DNA of 64,000 nucleotides from Lophium mytilinum (Eukaryota): NCBI GenBank assembly GCA_010093605.1, contig MU004186.1, positions 637,765 to 701,764 of the forward strand, read 5' to 3'. Shown piece by piece: positions 62,138 to 64,000 of this stretch (position 1 is its first letter; each line of letters starts with the position of its first letter). The notes under the pieces were generated by a model. It saw only the letters and a program-made list of their open reading frames with translations, ran no database searches and was not told where the DNA came from. The position numbers and the translations under genes were made by a program.

Positions 62138-63431
62138 ATGTCTGCACCTGTCGAAAGTGTTACCGCCCAGTTGGCAAACACCACCCTCAATGAGCCTTCC
62201 GCCGGCGCGGAGGGCGACAAGTCCACCAGCGCTGCCCAGGACGAGGCAGTCATCGCCAGCGCTGCTGAGGGCAGGAGACTCTATATCGGGAACCTCGCCT
62301 ACGCGACCACCGAGGGGGAGTTGAAGGAGTTCTTCAAGGATTACCTCGTGTGAGTTCGGCCCCAACACTGACTCCCTTGCGTGTGTTTGACTGAAACTGA
62401 CCTCCTACTCTCCAGCGAATCCACCTCTATCCCCACCAACCCTCGCACTACCCGCCCCGTTGGCTATGCCTTCGTTGATCTCTCCACCTCCAACGAGGCC
62501 GAGCGCGCCATCCAGGAGCTCAACGGCAAGGCCATCCTTGACCGTAAGGTCTCCATCCAGCTGGCCCGCAAGCCGGAGGCTCACGAGGGAGCTGGCAGCG
62601 GCGCAGAGGGCGCCAACGGCGAGACTCGTCGCCGCTCATCCACCCGTGGCCGTGGTCGCGGTCGTGGACGCGGTGGGCGTGCTGGCCGTGGAGGCCGCTC
62701 GGTATGTTTGGCAACATCCGTCGCATAGCTTAGATCTAGACTGACAAATCTCGCAGCAGAAGGACGGCGCCGAGGGCGCTGAAGCTGTCGAGGGCGAAGC
62801 CGCTGCTCCTGTCGAGAGCGCACCGACAAATGTACCCGGCCAAGTTATTCCACTCACCGACAGCACGAACGAATCGCTTACAGCTGATAAGGGCGCTGAG
62901 ACTGGTGCCACTGCTACCGCCAAGTCCAGCAAGCCTCGCGTTCCCCGCGAGCACAAGCAGCGTGGTCCTCCCGAGGACGGCGTTCCTTCCAAGACCAAGG
63001 TCATGGTTGCCAACCTGCCGTATGACCTGAAGGAGGACAAGGTAATCATGCCGGTTTAAGTTCCAGATGGACATGGCTAACCCTACCGACAGCTCATGGA
63101 AATCTTCAAGGACTACGAACCCTCTTCAGCCAAGATCGCGCTCCGTCCCATTCCCCGCTTCATGGTCAAGAAGCTCCAGGCCCGCAACGAGCCCCGCAAG
63201 GGCCGTGGCTTCGGCTTCGTTACTCTGGCTTCCGAGGACTTGCAACAGAAGGCTTGCTCTGAGATGAACGGCAAGGAGATCGAGGGCCGCGAAATTGCTG
63301 TCAAGGTCGCCATTGACTCTCCCGGCAAGGAGGACGAGCACCCCGAGACCCACACCGAGGGCGAGGAGGCTACCGCGACCACCACCGAGGCCACCACCGA
63401 GACCCCAGCTGCTGTCGAGGCTGCTGCTTAG
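62138..63431 (+). CDS. RNA-binding protein, RRM-RGG-RRM (Sbp1-like organisation), 4 exons
   Basis: RRLYIGNLAY, VGYAFVDL, RGRGRGRGRGGRAGRGGR, KVMVANLPYDL, KGRGFGFVTL. Confidence 0.88.
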
Positions 63432-64000
63432 ACAAACTTCCAGCACCCCGGGAGCAAGCCGGTGAATATCTAGTTGTGCCTTCACTGGCAACAGCTACGC
63501 TTATGCATCACGTTTAGTTCCCCGCATGGAGTTTGTTTAGGAACGTTGGAGGACATGAGTGGTAAGGTATCTTACTTTTTTTTCTCGGTGGTTTTCCCTC
63601 CTCACGTCTTGTCTCATTGCATTTCGGGGGGAACAAAACTTAAAATTCCGGGATTGCGCTTCTTTAGTGATGCAGCCTCGGCAGGTCTGGGAAAGGCTTA
63701 GGATACTTTATTCACGAAACACAGACTTTCACTTGATGGATTGAGAGTGGGGAAATCTTAAGCGGATTTTGAATTAGTTTAGCATCTTCTCACACCAATA
63801 CCTGATAGGAAAACAAGAAAAACTTCGTCCAACTCTTGTTGTCTTTCTCTTAATCTGATTTCACTTCTTTCTTGGTTGCGAAGGGGATGAAAATGAGTGA
63901 AAGCTCCACGTGTACGATTAGAATTTCTCTTTTCCCTTGGGCTTTTGGCAAAAGGAAATGGGAGTTTTGGCGCGTACGGTAGTGCTTTGCTATGGTTTTC

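Overview
64 kb of a filamentous ascomycete genome: GT-AG introns with CTRAC/CTAAC branch points, plus RIP-type C>T/G>A mutation in repeats. Everything was called by eye; homology statements rest on remembered motifs, not database searches. About 39-64 kb is a block of mostly conserved housekeeping genes (LYS2, mitochondrial mL46/MRPL17, CBP3, ETF-beta, TAH18/NDOR1, an RRM-RGG-RRM protein), and a mitochondrial beta-ketoacyl-ACP synthase lies at 1.5-3.2 kb. About 7-38.5 kb is an accessory region. It holds a deleted Mutator-like element, nested TA-targeting MITEs, a RIP-destroyed PIF/Harbinger element, pseudogenes (GST, HET, a SIN1-PH-like remnant), an F-box gene and secreted or membrane proteins. 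The most striking object is a head-to-head gene pair at 12.6-22.0 kb. The minus-strand gene (about 1,930 aa now, about 2,130 aa before a MITE insertion) has a common fungal helical N-terminal domain and C2H2 fingers. These are followed by degenerate fragments resembling conserved host signalling and chromatin proteins: a catalytically dead Bck1-type MAPKKK domain, a Gcn5-type bromodomain, a Som1/Flo8-type C-terminus, a Bem1 SH3-CI module, a RING-E3 zinc ribbon and possibly an Eaf1 motif. Its partner, 484 bp away, has a HeLo/MLKL-like N-terminal helix and a kinase-like C-lobe. The layout parallels plant integrated-decoy sensor/executor pairs and may be a non-NLR fungal surveillance module; that function is a hypothesis.
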